This document shows, piece by piece, positions 10,909 through 22,500 of a stretch of 64,000 nt of DNA. The position numbers and the translations under genes were made by a program. Source of the DNA: Macrostomum lignano (lineage: Eukaryota); NCBI GenBank assembly GCA_002269645.1, contig NIVC01001770.1, positions 1-64,000 on the forward strand, written 5' to 3'. Position 1 is the stretch's first letter, and each line of letters begins with the position of its first letter. The notes below the pieces were generated by a model, which saw only the letters and a program-made list of their open reading frames with translations, searched no databases and was not told the DNA's origin.

Positions 10909-13900
10909 GCCAGTCTGTCTGTCTGTCTGTCTATTTCATCAATGCTTTCCGTCTCTCTATCTACCCACTTTCATCATTTCACGCGGTCAAATTTTAAGCG
11001 ACCAGCTCAATTGATTTGTTCGATCACCCTTTTCTACAAATGCCCGATTTTTTTGCTTCGATGCCTGGCCAGCAAGCGAGGCGTTTAGACTTTCCCGCAG
11101 CAACAATTACACGCCCGACAGCGCACTTGCGGAGAGAGGAGCTGATTCATGGTGAACCCTAGATTTGGAGCAAAAACAGGCATTTGTCAATTCTAGCATT
11201 TTGCCCTCTCAGAGGGCCTGACTCCTTGCTTATGCTTCTTCTCTGGCCTCAGCTGTGGTTTCCTCAGAAACATTATTGACAGGGCTTGAATTGAAACAGG
11301 AGCCGTGGCTGAGCCGGGGAAGAGTGGAAGAAGCTTCGAACAGACTCCTTCACCTGGGCGCTTGGAGACGCCTCATCAGCCCAAGCCTCACCTGGCCGCC
11401 ACTTCCTCCTAGCTGCTGCACTTTGGAAGCTGGAATGTGGATATTGCATTCTAGAACTGACAGTTTATTCCACTTCTCACTGATTAAATATTACGAAACC
11501 TTCTCCCGACTTAATAGGGTATTAAGTCTCAGAAATGGTGTAGCTATGAAGACTCAAAAGGACACATTAAAACATAGAAATGATGTAGCTATGAAGACTC
11601 AGAAAGACACATTAAGACGCAGAAATGATGTAGCTATGAAGACTCAGAAAGATACATTAAGTCTCAGAAATGGTGTAGCTATGAAGACTCAGAAGGACAC
11701 ATTAAAACATAGAAATGATGTAGCTATGAAGACTCAGAAAGATACATTAAGTCTCAGAAATGATGTAGCTATGAAGACTCAGAAAGATACATTAAGTCTC
11801 AGAAATGATGTAGCTATGAAGACTCAGAAAGATACATTAAGTCTCAGAAATGGTGTAGCTATGAAGACTCAGAAAGATACATTAAGTGTCAGAAATGGTG
11901 TAGCTATGAAGACTCAGAAGGACACATTAAAACATAGAAATGATGTAGCTATGAAGACTCAGAAAGATACATTAAGTCTCAGAAATGGTGTAGCTATGAA
12001 GACTCAGAAGGACACATTAAAACATAGAAATGATGTAGCTATGAAGACTCAGAAAGATACATTAAGTCTCAGAAATGATGTAGCTATGAAGACTCAGAAG
12101 GACACATTAAGACGCAGATAAACGCGGTAAGACTCAGAATAATGTAGCCATTAAGACCGAATTCAGAACTCGGACTCCGGCCCAGACCTAAATGAGCTGC
12201 ATAAAATGAAGGCGTCTGTTTTCTGGCTCTGGATGATGTCCTTGAACTTCCGTGGTTAAGAAGTCTGCAAGCTAAATAATTCTGAGCACACAGTCTATCA
12301 AACCACCCAACCCGTTGCAGAAGACCGCCCGGCCAGCATCATCCTGAAGAGCTTCATCGCCCGTTTCCACAACTGGCTGATCCCGAATATTCTCGGCGAG
12401 GGCACCCCGGAGGAGCTGGCCAAGCAGCTCACCGGTGAGACTGACGGGCTGCTCAAACGATCTCCAGGGTTGCTTCAGCAGAACCCTAGTTGATGCAGAA
12501 AATCGACAAAGTACTCTTAGTTACAAATCTCATTAAACCGAACACTTAGTTTTGGCTTGTGCCACTTGTAGCTCAAAACTTGGCATCAACTTTTCGGCCT
12601 TATTGGCACTTTGCCGGTGCTCTACAGGTCTACAGGCCTATTTTAAGGCCCGAGAGCTGGCCTAGATAATGGGTCTGCAAACTACGGCCCGCAGAGCATC
12701 TCCTTCCGGCCGTCAGGTCCTTTGAAACTTCACAATAGCAATCCGGCCCGCTCAATGTTTATATCTCTTCTCAGCGCTCTTCTCTCTAATCTCCTCTCTT
12801 CTCTCTTCCTCTCTTCTCTTTCCTCTCTTCTCTTTCCTCTCCTCTCTACTCTCTTATATTCTTTTCTCTCTTCTCTTCTCTTCACTCTCCTCTCCTCTCT
12901 CCTCTCCTCTCTCCTCTCCTCTCTCCTCTCCTCTCTCCTCTCCTCTCTCCTCTCCTCTCTTCTCTCCTCTTTTCTCTTCTCTCTTCTCTTCTCTACCATC
13001 TCCTCTTTCCTCTTTCCTCTTCTCTCGTCTGTCGTCTCCTCTTCTCTCTTCTCTCTCCTCATCTCCTCTCCTCTCTCCTCTCCTCTCTTCTCTTCTCTAT
13101 TATCTCCTCTCTCCTCTCTTCTCCTCTCTCCACTCCTTTCTTCTCCTTCATTCTCTCGCCACTACTTTTTCTTATCTCCCTTCTCTCTTCGCTATTCCCT
13201 CTCCTCTCTCCCCTCCTCCGGCCCGCAGTCATTCTCTAGGTTCTCTATTTGGCCCTTGAGGCAAAAGGGTTTGCCGAACCCTGGCCTAGATAGCAGCCAT
13301 AGGCAGCACAGCCAGCGTAAACTTTAATGCTCAATAACTCGACTTCTGAATAGTTTGTCAGAACAAAATTTACGGAGTAAGAACCTACACCAACATGTTT
13401 ACCTTAGAATTGGTCATCTTCATGTTTATATTGTTTTGTATACTAGAAAATCTCAGTACTCTTTGAGGGTGAGTATGTTTGTATTTTTTTATCTGCATCC
13501 CATCTCAATTAGCGGGGATTCGATTCCTGTAGCCTCTTTCTGATCGCTGTACACACAGAGACTCACAAATTAATAAGGGATATCACAGCTGTGCCTGTGG
13601 CGCTTGTGTAGTTCCACTTCCAGCCAAATCTGCAGAATCGCGTGACAAATTAAATTTTCGATCGTAACGAAGCTCACAGCTCAACGCGCCCGCCCTTCAA
13701 GGCTTGGAATATTATTTTGCAACTTGCAGGACAGTTTTTGTCCAGACTAAATTTCCGGAGCTCAAAGAAAGATTTCTATCCTTGCAACTTGCAACTTTGG
13801 AATCTTCGGAATTCAGAGCATGCTAGATCCCAGCTTTGCACTCTGACTTGCATCCCAGGGAAATCCCTGAGGCAAAAAGTTCTTGTACAATATTTCCCAG

Positions 13901-16194
13901 CTAAGCAGTCGATGCTAGCAAGCCAGATGGCCAAATCCACGTGGGAAAAAGCTGAGGGTTGAGACAAACATCATTTCGCGCGGCAGGCACTCTTGGGCCA
14001 GGCAGAGGAACTTAATTATCCTCGTGGTTTCCTAAAAACACTCACAATTTCGCTAATGGAGTTTCTGGCGCTGCAGTTTTGAATATTTAAGTCTTGCTCA
14101 AAGTCGCCTAGAGAGGATTTGATCTCAACTAGGGAGGAGACTGACGGTGGGGAGTGAGTGAGTGGATTCAGAGTGCTCCCGACTACAATATGAGCTCATT
14201 TTAGCCTCGGAGATTGATGGGTACATTTATAGTAGCAATTGCCGCAACTTCATTAGCTACTTAGAGCAGCTGGTAATGGATCAGCCATAGACAACACAAT
14301 GTTGCATAAACAGGTTGTATTGATCTATCTGAGTTTTAAGTGCCCGACCATTGATGCTGGAGTGTCCAACCCATATGCAGAACTTTACTGTGTACAACAG
14401 TATTGCCATTGTAGCTGAAATTTGATCCTTATCATTCTCGAAGTGACCTTTTAGTTGACTTCTGCGCTTTCAATTATAAATATCTTGGATGAGTCACACT
14501 GAATTGTAGCTCTGTTATATAGCAGGAGTTGAACAGGAGTTTGAGTCTGTTGTCAAATTTTGAGTAAAACTGTTGAGAAATTAAGACTCAAAAGGATGCA
14601 CTAAAAATTTTTTGAGACTCATTTGAGATACCGAATCTGCTCAAAAGCGGACACAATTGAGCAGTCAAAGATACTGAACTAACCGAGAGAGACACTTTAG
14701 AGAAGCCAAACAGCTCAAATACACCTTAGCTGAGCTGTTTTTTGAGAAGTTCGCCAGATGGGACGCTTTCAAAAGCTCGAAATTCCTTTTAAATTGTGAA
14801 CTTTTCGAAGACTTTCCGATGATGTGGAATATTCGAGATTTCGAAAGTAATCAGCCATACTTTTTTCGATAATGTATGTTTAAATTTTTGAGCTTATGAA
14901 AGTGATCCATCCTTTCGTATTTACTAATGCGCGATTTTGAGCTTGTGACTTTGCGAGCTTGTAAAGCTGCAATCTTGTGAAGTACGAATCTTGTGAAGCT
15001 GCAAGCTTGTGAAGTTGCAAGCTTGTGAAGTTGCAAGCTTGTGAAGCTACGAGCTTGTGAAGTTACAAGCTTGTGAAGTTGCAAGCTTGTGAAGCTACGA
15101 GCTTGTGAAGTTACAAGCTTGTGAAGTTGCAAGCTTGTGAAGTTGCAAGCTTGTGAAGTTGCAAGCTTGTGAAGCTACGAGCTTGTGAAGTTGCAAGCTT
15201 GTGAAGTTGCAAGCTTGTGAAGCTACGAGCTTGTGAAGTTGCAAGCTTGTGAAGTTGCAAGCTTGTGAAGCTACGAGCTTGTGAAGTTGCAAGCTTGTGA
15301 AGTTGCAAGCTTGTGAAGCTACGAGCTTGTGAAGTTGCAAGCTTGTGAAGTTGCAAGCTTGTGAAGTTGCAAGCTTGTGAAGTTGCAAGCTTGTGAAGTT
15401 GCAAGCTTGTGAAGTTGCAAGCTTGTGAAGTTGCAAGCTTGTGAAGCTACGAGCTTGTGAAGTTGCAAGCTTGTGAAGCTACGAGCTTGTGAAGTTGCAA
15501 GCTTGTGAAGTTGCAAGCTTGTGAAGTTGCAAGCTTGTGAAGCTACGAGCTTGTGAAGTTGCAAGCTTGTGAAGCTACGAGCTTGTGAAGTTGCAAGCTT
15601 GTGAAGTTGCAAGCTTGTGAAGCTACGAGCTTGTGAAGTTGCAAGCTTGTGAAGTTGCAAGCTTGTGAAGCTACGAGCTTGTGAAGTTGCAAGCTTGTGA
15701 AGTTGCAAGCTTGTGAAGTTGCAAGCTTGTGAAGTTGCAAGCTTGTGAAGTTGCAAGCTTGTGAAGCTACGAGCTTGAGAAGTTGGAAGCTAGAGAAAGT
15801 TTGAGCTTGAGATGAGAAGTTGCGAGCTTGTGAAACTCTCCGTCGAATGCGCTATTACAGCGAAAAGTCTCTACCAGTACAATGCAATTCAAGAAACCTC
15901 TTTTGCAGCTAAGTAGCCTTCTAGCCGTCCCTTTTTTGTGGCCAGAGCAAGAAACCTCTTCTAAATACCATATTCCCGTCCGCAGAGCAACTCAACGTCC
16001 GCGACTACGCCAGCGCTGTCGGCCTCAACAAGCAGCAGTTGCGCAAGCTGGTTCTCGTGATGGAATACGCCCGAGACGGCCGCATCCTTGACCTGATCCT
16101 GGATGGCATGCCCGAGGAGGCCTACCGCGAGGCCTACGCCCTGTTCGGCCGAATCGTTGAGAGCGGCTTCCTGGGCAGCGAGACCGCCAACTAA
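8291..16194 (+). CDS. Prohormone-4-like secreted precursor (signal peptide, LDL-receptor class A domain, conserved C-terminal domain), 184 aa
   Basis: Exons 8291-8297, 8394-8477, 10421-10561, 12321-12434 and 15986-16194 total 555 nt, with four phase-1 GT-AG introns. Protein: [123 protein letters not shown]...[29 protein letters not shown]. DCxDGYDED..LCTA followed by RP and a terminal GF match prohormone-4 as I recall it. The 7-nt first coding exon is the least certain part. Confidence 0.85.
9397..10268. repeat. 31/34-bp minisatellite (tggtccttcagtgaacctttgctgccctccccta) in prohormone-4 intron 2
   Basis: Direct reading. Confidence 0.95.
10575..10932. repeat. (TG)n then (TCTG)n microsatellite with cttagtgtct interruptions
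   Basis: Direct reading; same family as 39595-42388 (reverse) and 59940-60655. Confidence 0.95.
11527..12120. repeat. 45-bp minisatellite (agaaatgatgtagctatgaagactcagaaagatacattaagtctc)
   Basis: About 13 units; it creates the repeat part of ORF 11255-12121. Confidence 0.95.
12668..13283 (+). mobile_element. hAT/Charlie-type MITE with CT-rich interior
   Basis: TIR-like ends aatgggtctgcaaact and gggtttgccgaaccctg. Perfect 8-bp TSD gcctagat at 12660-12667 and 13284-13291. Confidence 0.85.
14940..15830. repeat. 16-bp minisatellite (gaagttgcaagcttgt / gaagctacgagcttgt)
   Basis: Two interspersed variants in prohormone-4 intron 4. Confidence 0.95.
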
Positions 16195-16504
16195 GGAAGA
16201 CAGCAGGAAATGGCAACAAATCATAGAGCGTTTTTCCCTAACACGAGAGAGATACATTTTCACTAATACAGTTGTTAGGGGTCCGCTGTGAGTCTGTTCG
16301 AGATTGGAACAATAAATACAAGATGCGATTAATAAAAGGCCTGCTATAATGTCACCTGAGAATCGTATCTATTCATCGAGTCTGCATAGACAAAACTTTG
16401 TTTGTGTTATCAAATTTATACTGCGGAAACTGAAGTGAACTCATGAAATGCACTTAAAATTACAGGATGAATAAGTGATTCACTCACATGTACTTTCGAC
16501 CTGA

Positions 16505-17490
16505 AGGGTGAGACAGATCGGACATCCTGGAACTGTGGTGTGAGACAGATCTGACATGGTTGAACTGTGGTGTGAGACAGATCTGACATCGTTGAACTAT
16601 GGTGTGAGACAGATCTGACATCCTGGAACTGTGGGGTGAGAGACGGATCTGACATCCTGGAACTATGGTGTGAGACAGATCTGACATCGTTGAACTATGG
16701 TGTGAGACAGATCTGACATCGTTGAACTATGGTGTGAGACAGATCTGACATCGTTGAACTATGGTGTGAGACAGATCTGACATCGTGGAACTATGGTGTG
16801 AGACAGATCTGACATCGTTGAACTATGGTGTGAGACAGATCTGACATCGTGGAACTATGGTGTGAGACAGATCTGACATCGTTGAACTATGGTGTGAGAC
16901 AGATCTGACATCGTGGAACTATGGTGTGAGACAGATCTGACATCGTGGAACTATGGTGTGAGACAAATCTGACATCCTGGAACTATGGTGTGAGACAGAT
17001 CTGACATCCTGGAACTGTGGGGTGAGAGACAGATCTGACATCCTGGAACTGTGGGGTGAGAGACAGATCTGACATCCTGGAACTGTGGGGTGAGAGACAG
17101 ATCTGACATCCTGGAACTGTGGGGTGAGAGACAGATCTGACATCCTGGAACTGTGGGGTGAGAGACAGATCTGACATCCTGGAACTGTGGGGTGAGAGAC
17201 AGATCTGACATCCTGGAACTGTGGGGTGAGAGACAGATCTGACATCCTGGAACTGTGGGGTGAGAGACAGATCTGACATCCTGGAACTGTGGGGTGAGAG
17301 ACAGATCTGACATCCTGGAACTGTGGGGTGAGAGACAGATCTGACATCCTGGAACTGTGGGGTGAGAGACAGATCTGACATCCTGGAACTGTGGGGTGAG
17401 AGACAGATCTGACATCCTGGAACTGTGGGGTGAGAGACAGATCTGACATCCTGGAACTGTGGGGTGAGAGACAGATCGGACATCCAGGAA
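16505..17490. repeat. 32/34-bp minisatellite (gagacagatctgacatcctggaactgtggggt)
   Basis: A block of 32-bp variants followed by a homogeneous 34-bp block. Confidence 0.95.
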
Positions 17491-18749
17491 GTGTGGACTG
17501 AGAAACAGATAGGAAATCCTGGACTGTGGGTTGAGAAACTGAGTTAAAGATGGGGAATTGACAAAAAGGCATTAATTTGCTGTTCCGTGGAACAATTTAC
17601 ACTCACTGGAAACTGAATAAATTAATTGATGGTAAATTTGCGAATCAATAATCTCTATGAAATTGTCTATATTGATTCAAGCCGAATTTGAGCTGTCTCA
17701 GCCTGGGGCCATCAGCTTTCAGTGCTCCCGTCTCCGGATGATTGATTTAGCTGCTGGTCGAACGGAAATTCGTCGAGAAATTTGAAAGTATCTAAAATCT
17801 GTTAAACAGGCTATACAAGTGAAGCCATATTTGGTCTCAAAATTTCGCTTGGACTGTCCCAGGTAAGTTTATTGTCGCGGGAGCGTGTTTGCTAATAGCA
17901 GCTCCGCCTACTTCTGGTACAAGGCCTATACATGATATGCAAGACCGGGGTGGGGCTAAAATAAATATTCCAGTCTCCAATCAGTCTGAATTCTGAGTTT
18001 CTCAAGCCCAGAACCGTTGGCTACTGTTTGCGTGTGTTAGAATTGGGATTAAAGCTATCAAGCAAACTCGAAACGAAAGAGAGGAAGAGGAAGAAGAATT
18101 ATGCAGGTCCACTAATTGCTTTTGCTAATGGGCCGTCGTCCTTGGTGCTGTAACGATTAATTTCTGTCGATATCGCAATTGTGAATTAATTTTGTTTGAC
18201 AAATTTTGGAAATACAAGAAAGCCTAGACTTCAGTTTTTTCTCTTTAAGCTTTAGTGACGCTTGAGATACGATAATTATAATTTGCTCAAGTCTCTAGAG
18301 ACCATGAGACTTCAGTCTCGTCTATGCGCAGATGATCAAATCCGCGACGTGCACGCGAGATTCGTGCATGCCAAGAAAATTGTGTTCATCCACTCAACGA
18401 TATTGACTTAATCGTGCATTATTTATTCTGCGCGCCGCAGCCTCGAATCTAATGCTGTTTTAATATACATGTGGAGCTTCATGCGATCATGTGCATATCC
18501 AAATAGTCAAAATAGTCACGCGAATATCAATTAAAAATCTGGCCAAATCAAATGGTAAAAGTGAAAATTAAAAATTGTCCGCTGATCTTCCGAGCTCTAA
18601 AATAAAACTAGAGATAGTTACACAGACATTTGGTCGAAAGAATTCTTTTCTTTTGTTAGCATCGTACATTGTTTGAGCAGGTTGAAGCTGTGATTAAACG
18701 TGCCTAAAATATATACATTAAGACCTGTCCTAAATCTTAAGTAAGCCTT

Positions 18750-19113
18750 TTTCATTAGAGGCAGGGCTGTGTGCCCTGACGCACTTTAAGCGACATTGTC
18801 ACACAACCGGTGGCTAGCTAGGCATATATTACTGCCCATCATTCCGCCGACTCCCCTCACAGGCAAAGCGCGTGGATATGTACGCAGTCATACGCACAGG
18901 CACGCACTGTACAGCAGCCTTAACCTGACTTTATTTATCGTTAGGTATGTACACTTCAGTGTTGGGGTTGGCACTCAAGGGCGTTAATTGCACGAGCAGA
19001 CCCAAGCCGAGATTCCAATTTCGCCGTGAATAATAAAATGTGACTGCATCTGGAATCGAGCCCGGGCCGCTGGCACATAACTGCGCCGTGCTTGACCTCT
19101 AAGCTAACTCCCC
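18750..19113 (-). mobile_element. tRNA-derived SINE (family A) with target-site duplication
   Basis: The minus strand starts ggggagttagcttagaggtc (A box) ... gggctcgattcc (B box). It is flanked by the 13-14 bp direct repeat cttaagtaagcctt (18736-18749, 19114-19127). Homologous to 29712-30048. Confidence 0.85.
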
Positions 19114-19594
19114 CTTAAGTAAGCCTTATGACTTACAAGACAACTAAAAATAAATAAAATAATTTTGCTTGTTTCAGCGATAATTAACGAACTCGACTGC
19201 TGAGTTATTTCGCGTAAAGCATTAAATTCAATTGAATAAGTTTTCCTGTAAAAAGCGCCAGCCTTTATTTCCTTGTAATGTACTCGTAAGTAAAAAGCAT
19301 GAAAAGTGTGTTCCCAACTTCACATACGCGAGTCTAATGCCTTGTTATCATGCGTACAGATGGAGATAGATGCTGCATACTGCACTGCACTATTTAAATT
19401 GATTATTAGAACACCCCAGGTCTGTAAATTATTGTAATGTAGTTTACTGTACTACTTTAACTTGAACAGACTTTGTATAGGTACTATTGGCTTATTGCTA
19501 ACTAACACGGATAGTGCCAAATGCCTACAAAGTCCAATATGCTGATTAATTAGTCATTCTTCTTAATTTAAACTTTACTCTTTTGAATTTCAGC

Positions 19595-22500
19595 ATGCAA
19601 CCCAGTGGACCAGCTGTTAGGCAGAATAATTTATCTCGAAGTTCAATTTTTCGTGCACACCCAGAGCTACTTAGTGTAATTAAAGGCTATGATCCTTGGG
19701 AGTTCTACCGGAATATCAAGGAAGTAGGAAGTGGAACATATGGACATGTATATAAGGTAAAGTAAAGTCCCCAATGTATAAGTAGTATAGTATTATCTAG
19801 TTTTTAAAAGAGAATTCTGGGAGCATATTACTTGATATTAACTTTGTTATTTAAATCAATATTTTAACTTGTATTCTTTGTATTAAAAAATAATTGATTT
19901 TTAGCAAACTATTATTATTTAAAATATTTTAGGTGCAGAATCTATCAACTGATGGTATTGCAGCACTAAAGTGTGTAAAAATAGAGCCCAAAGATGATTT
20001 AAAGAATATATTAGCTGAGTTATATGCATTAAAAGATTGTCAACATGCCAATATTGTCCAATTCTATGGAGCATTTCTTACGTGAGTTTATTAATTTAAC
20101 TTAAGTTGTTATCTAATGATTATAATGATAAAAAATATTGATCTTACAGGATTTCCCTAATAATTGAGATGAGAAAATGTGTAGATCTCACAGAATCTTC
20201 CTAATAATTTGGATGGGATAAGCAATTCAGATCTAATAGAATGTCCTCAATAATTGGGATGAGAAAATATGAAGATCTCACAGAATCTTCCTAGTCATTG
20301 GGATAGGATGAGAAATGTGCATATCTCACAGAATCTCCCCAATAATTGGGATGATAAAATATGCAGATCTCACAGAATCTCTCCAGTAATTGGGATGAGA
20401 AAATGTGCAGATCTCATAGAATCTCCCCAATAATTGGGATAAGAAAATGTGCAGATCTCACAGAATCTCCCTAATAATTGGGATGAGAAAATGTGTAGAT
20501 CTCACAGAATCTCCCTAATAATTGGGATGAGAAAATGTGCAGATCTCAGAATCTCCCCAATAATTGGGATGATAAAATATGCAGATCTCACAGAATCTCT
20601 CCAGTAATTGGGATGAGAAAATGTGCAGATCTCACAGAATCTCCCCAATAATTGGGATGAGAAAATGTGCAGATCTCACAGAATCTCCCCAATAATTGGG
20701 ATGAGAAAATGTGCAGATCTCACAGAATCTCTCCAATAATTGGGATGAGAAAATGTGCAGATCTCAGAATCTCCCCAATAATTGGGATGATAAAATATGC
20801 AGATCTCACAGAATCTCTCCAGTAATTGGCATGAGAAAATGTGCAGATCTCACAGAATCTCCCCAATAATTGGGATGAGAAAATGCGCAGATCTCAGAAT
20901 CTCCAATAATTGGGATGAGAAAATGTGCAGATCTCAGAATCCCCCCAATAATTGGGATTGGTCAGAAAATGTCAATAATCCCATTCAAAGCCTCAAAAGA
21001 GAAACTCTTGCTACCAACAATTCTTGTCCAGCGAGATCCGCGCACCCCGACAGCTGTGCCTATGGATGGCCATGGAGTACTGTGGTGGCAAGTCCCTGCA
21101 AGACATTTACAATGTCACCCAGACAGCCCTTAAAGAATCCGTCATCGCTTTTGTTTGTCGGGAGTCCCTGCGTGCCCTGGCGCACATGCACAGCCTGCAC
21201 CGGCTGCACCGCGACATCAAAGGTGCCAATATATTGTTAACTATGGAGGGCGCGGTTAAGCTGGCCGACTTTGGCATTGCCGCCCAGATTACTGCTACGC
21301 TTGGCAAACGGATGTCCTTTATTGGCACGCCTTATTGGATGGCACCTGAGGTACATAACTGGCTGTACTTTGCATTGACAATCTTCGTGGAACCTATCTG
21401 ATCTAAGTAGATGGTCGCTGAAACATACCCAGAGCGGCAGATAACTCCCTAAATCTACCCAGAGCGGCAGCTGACTCCCTAAACCTACCCAGAGCGGCAG
21501 CTGACTCCCTAAACCTACCCAGAGCGGCAGCTGACTCCCTAAACCTACCCAGAGCGGCAGATAACTCCCTAAACCTACCCAGAGCGGCAGCTGACTCCCT
21601 AAACCTACCCAGAGCGGCAGCTGACTCCCTAAATCTACCCAGAGCGGAAGCTGACTCCCTAAACCTACCCAGAGCGGCAGATAACTCCCTAAACCTACCC
21701 AGAGCGGCAGTTAACTCCCCAAACCTACCCAGAGCGGCAGATAACTCCCTAAACCTACCCAGAGCGGCAGCTGACTCCCTAAACCTACCCAGAGCGGCAG
21801 CTGACTCCCTAAACCTACCCAGAGCGGCAGCTGACTCCCTAAACCTACCCAGAGCGGCAGATAACTCCCTAAACCTACCCAGAGCGGCAGCTGACTCCCT
21901 AAACCTACCCAGAGCGGCAGATAACTCCCTAAACCTACCCAGAGCGGCAGCTGACTCCCTAAACCTATCCAGCGCCTCTTAACCTACCTGGCTGCAGGTG
22001 GCGGATGTTAGACGGACCGGCGGCTACAACGAGCTCTGCGACGTCTGGTCGGTAGGCATCACCGCCATCGAGTTGGCCGAACTGGAGCCGCCCTTGTTCA
22101 GCCTGCCACCGATGAAGGCCCTGCAGGCCATCGCCAGCCGCGGCTACCGCCAGCCCACTTTGCGCCGCCGGGCCGCCTGGACTGAAAGCTTTCACAGCTT
22201 CCTGTGCGCTGCGCTGCGGCTGAATCCCAGGTGATTTGGCGCTGAGTTTCTTGAAGCATGGTCTCAGTAACATCTGCCCTATCTACTCAGCATCATCTGC
22301 CGCATCTACTCTTCATCATCTGCAGGCACCGGTCCTCTGCCGCGCAGCAGCTGCAGCACCAGTTCATTGCCGCACCCGGTCTTGGCGAGCACCTGACGGT
22401 TGCATTGCTGCGCGAATTTCAAGACGTCTGCTCTCAACGCCGGGCCAATGTTCAACACCTGCTGCAGATGCCGGCTAGACAGTCGCCTAGGCAGCCTCAT

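Noticed and set aside
11340-11385. Minus-strand CTGATGAG followed by a ggcg/cgcc hairpin (hammerhead-like)
   Set aside because: The GAAA required after stem II is absent.
11255-12121. 288-aa ORF with ([15 protein letters not shown])n
   Set aside because: It lies in prohormone-4 intron 3, has a non-ATG start, and its length comes from a stop-free 45-bp array.
16505-17490. Regularly spaced 32-34 bp repeats (CRISPR-like at a glance)
   Set aside because: The units are head-to-tail with no unique spacers and there are no cas genes; the context is eukaryotic.
17863-17868. Strong donor cag|gtaagt upstream of MAP4K
   Set aside because: It may end a non-coding first exon splicing to 19594, but no ORF or other support can be seen.
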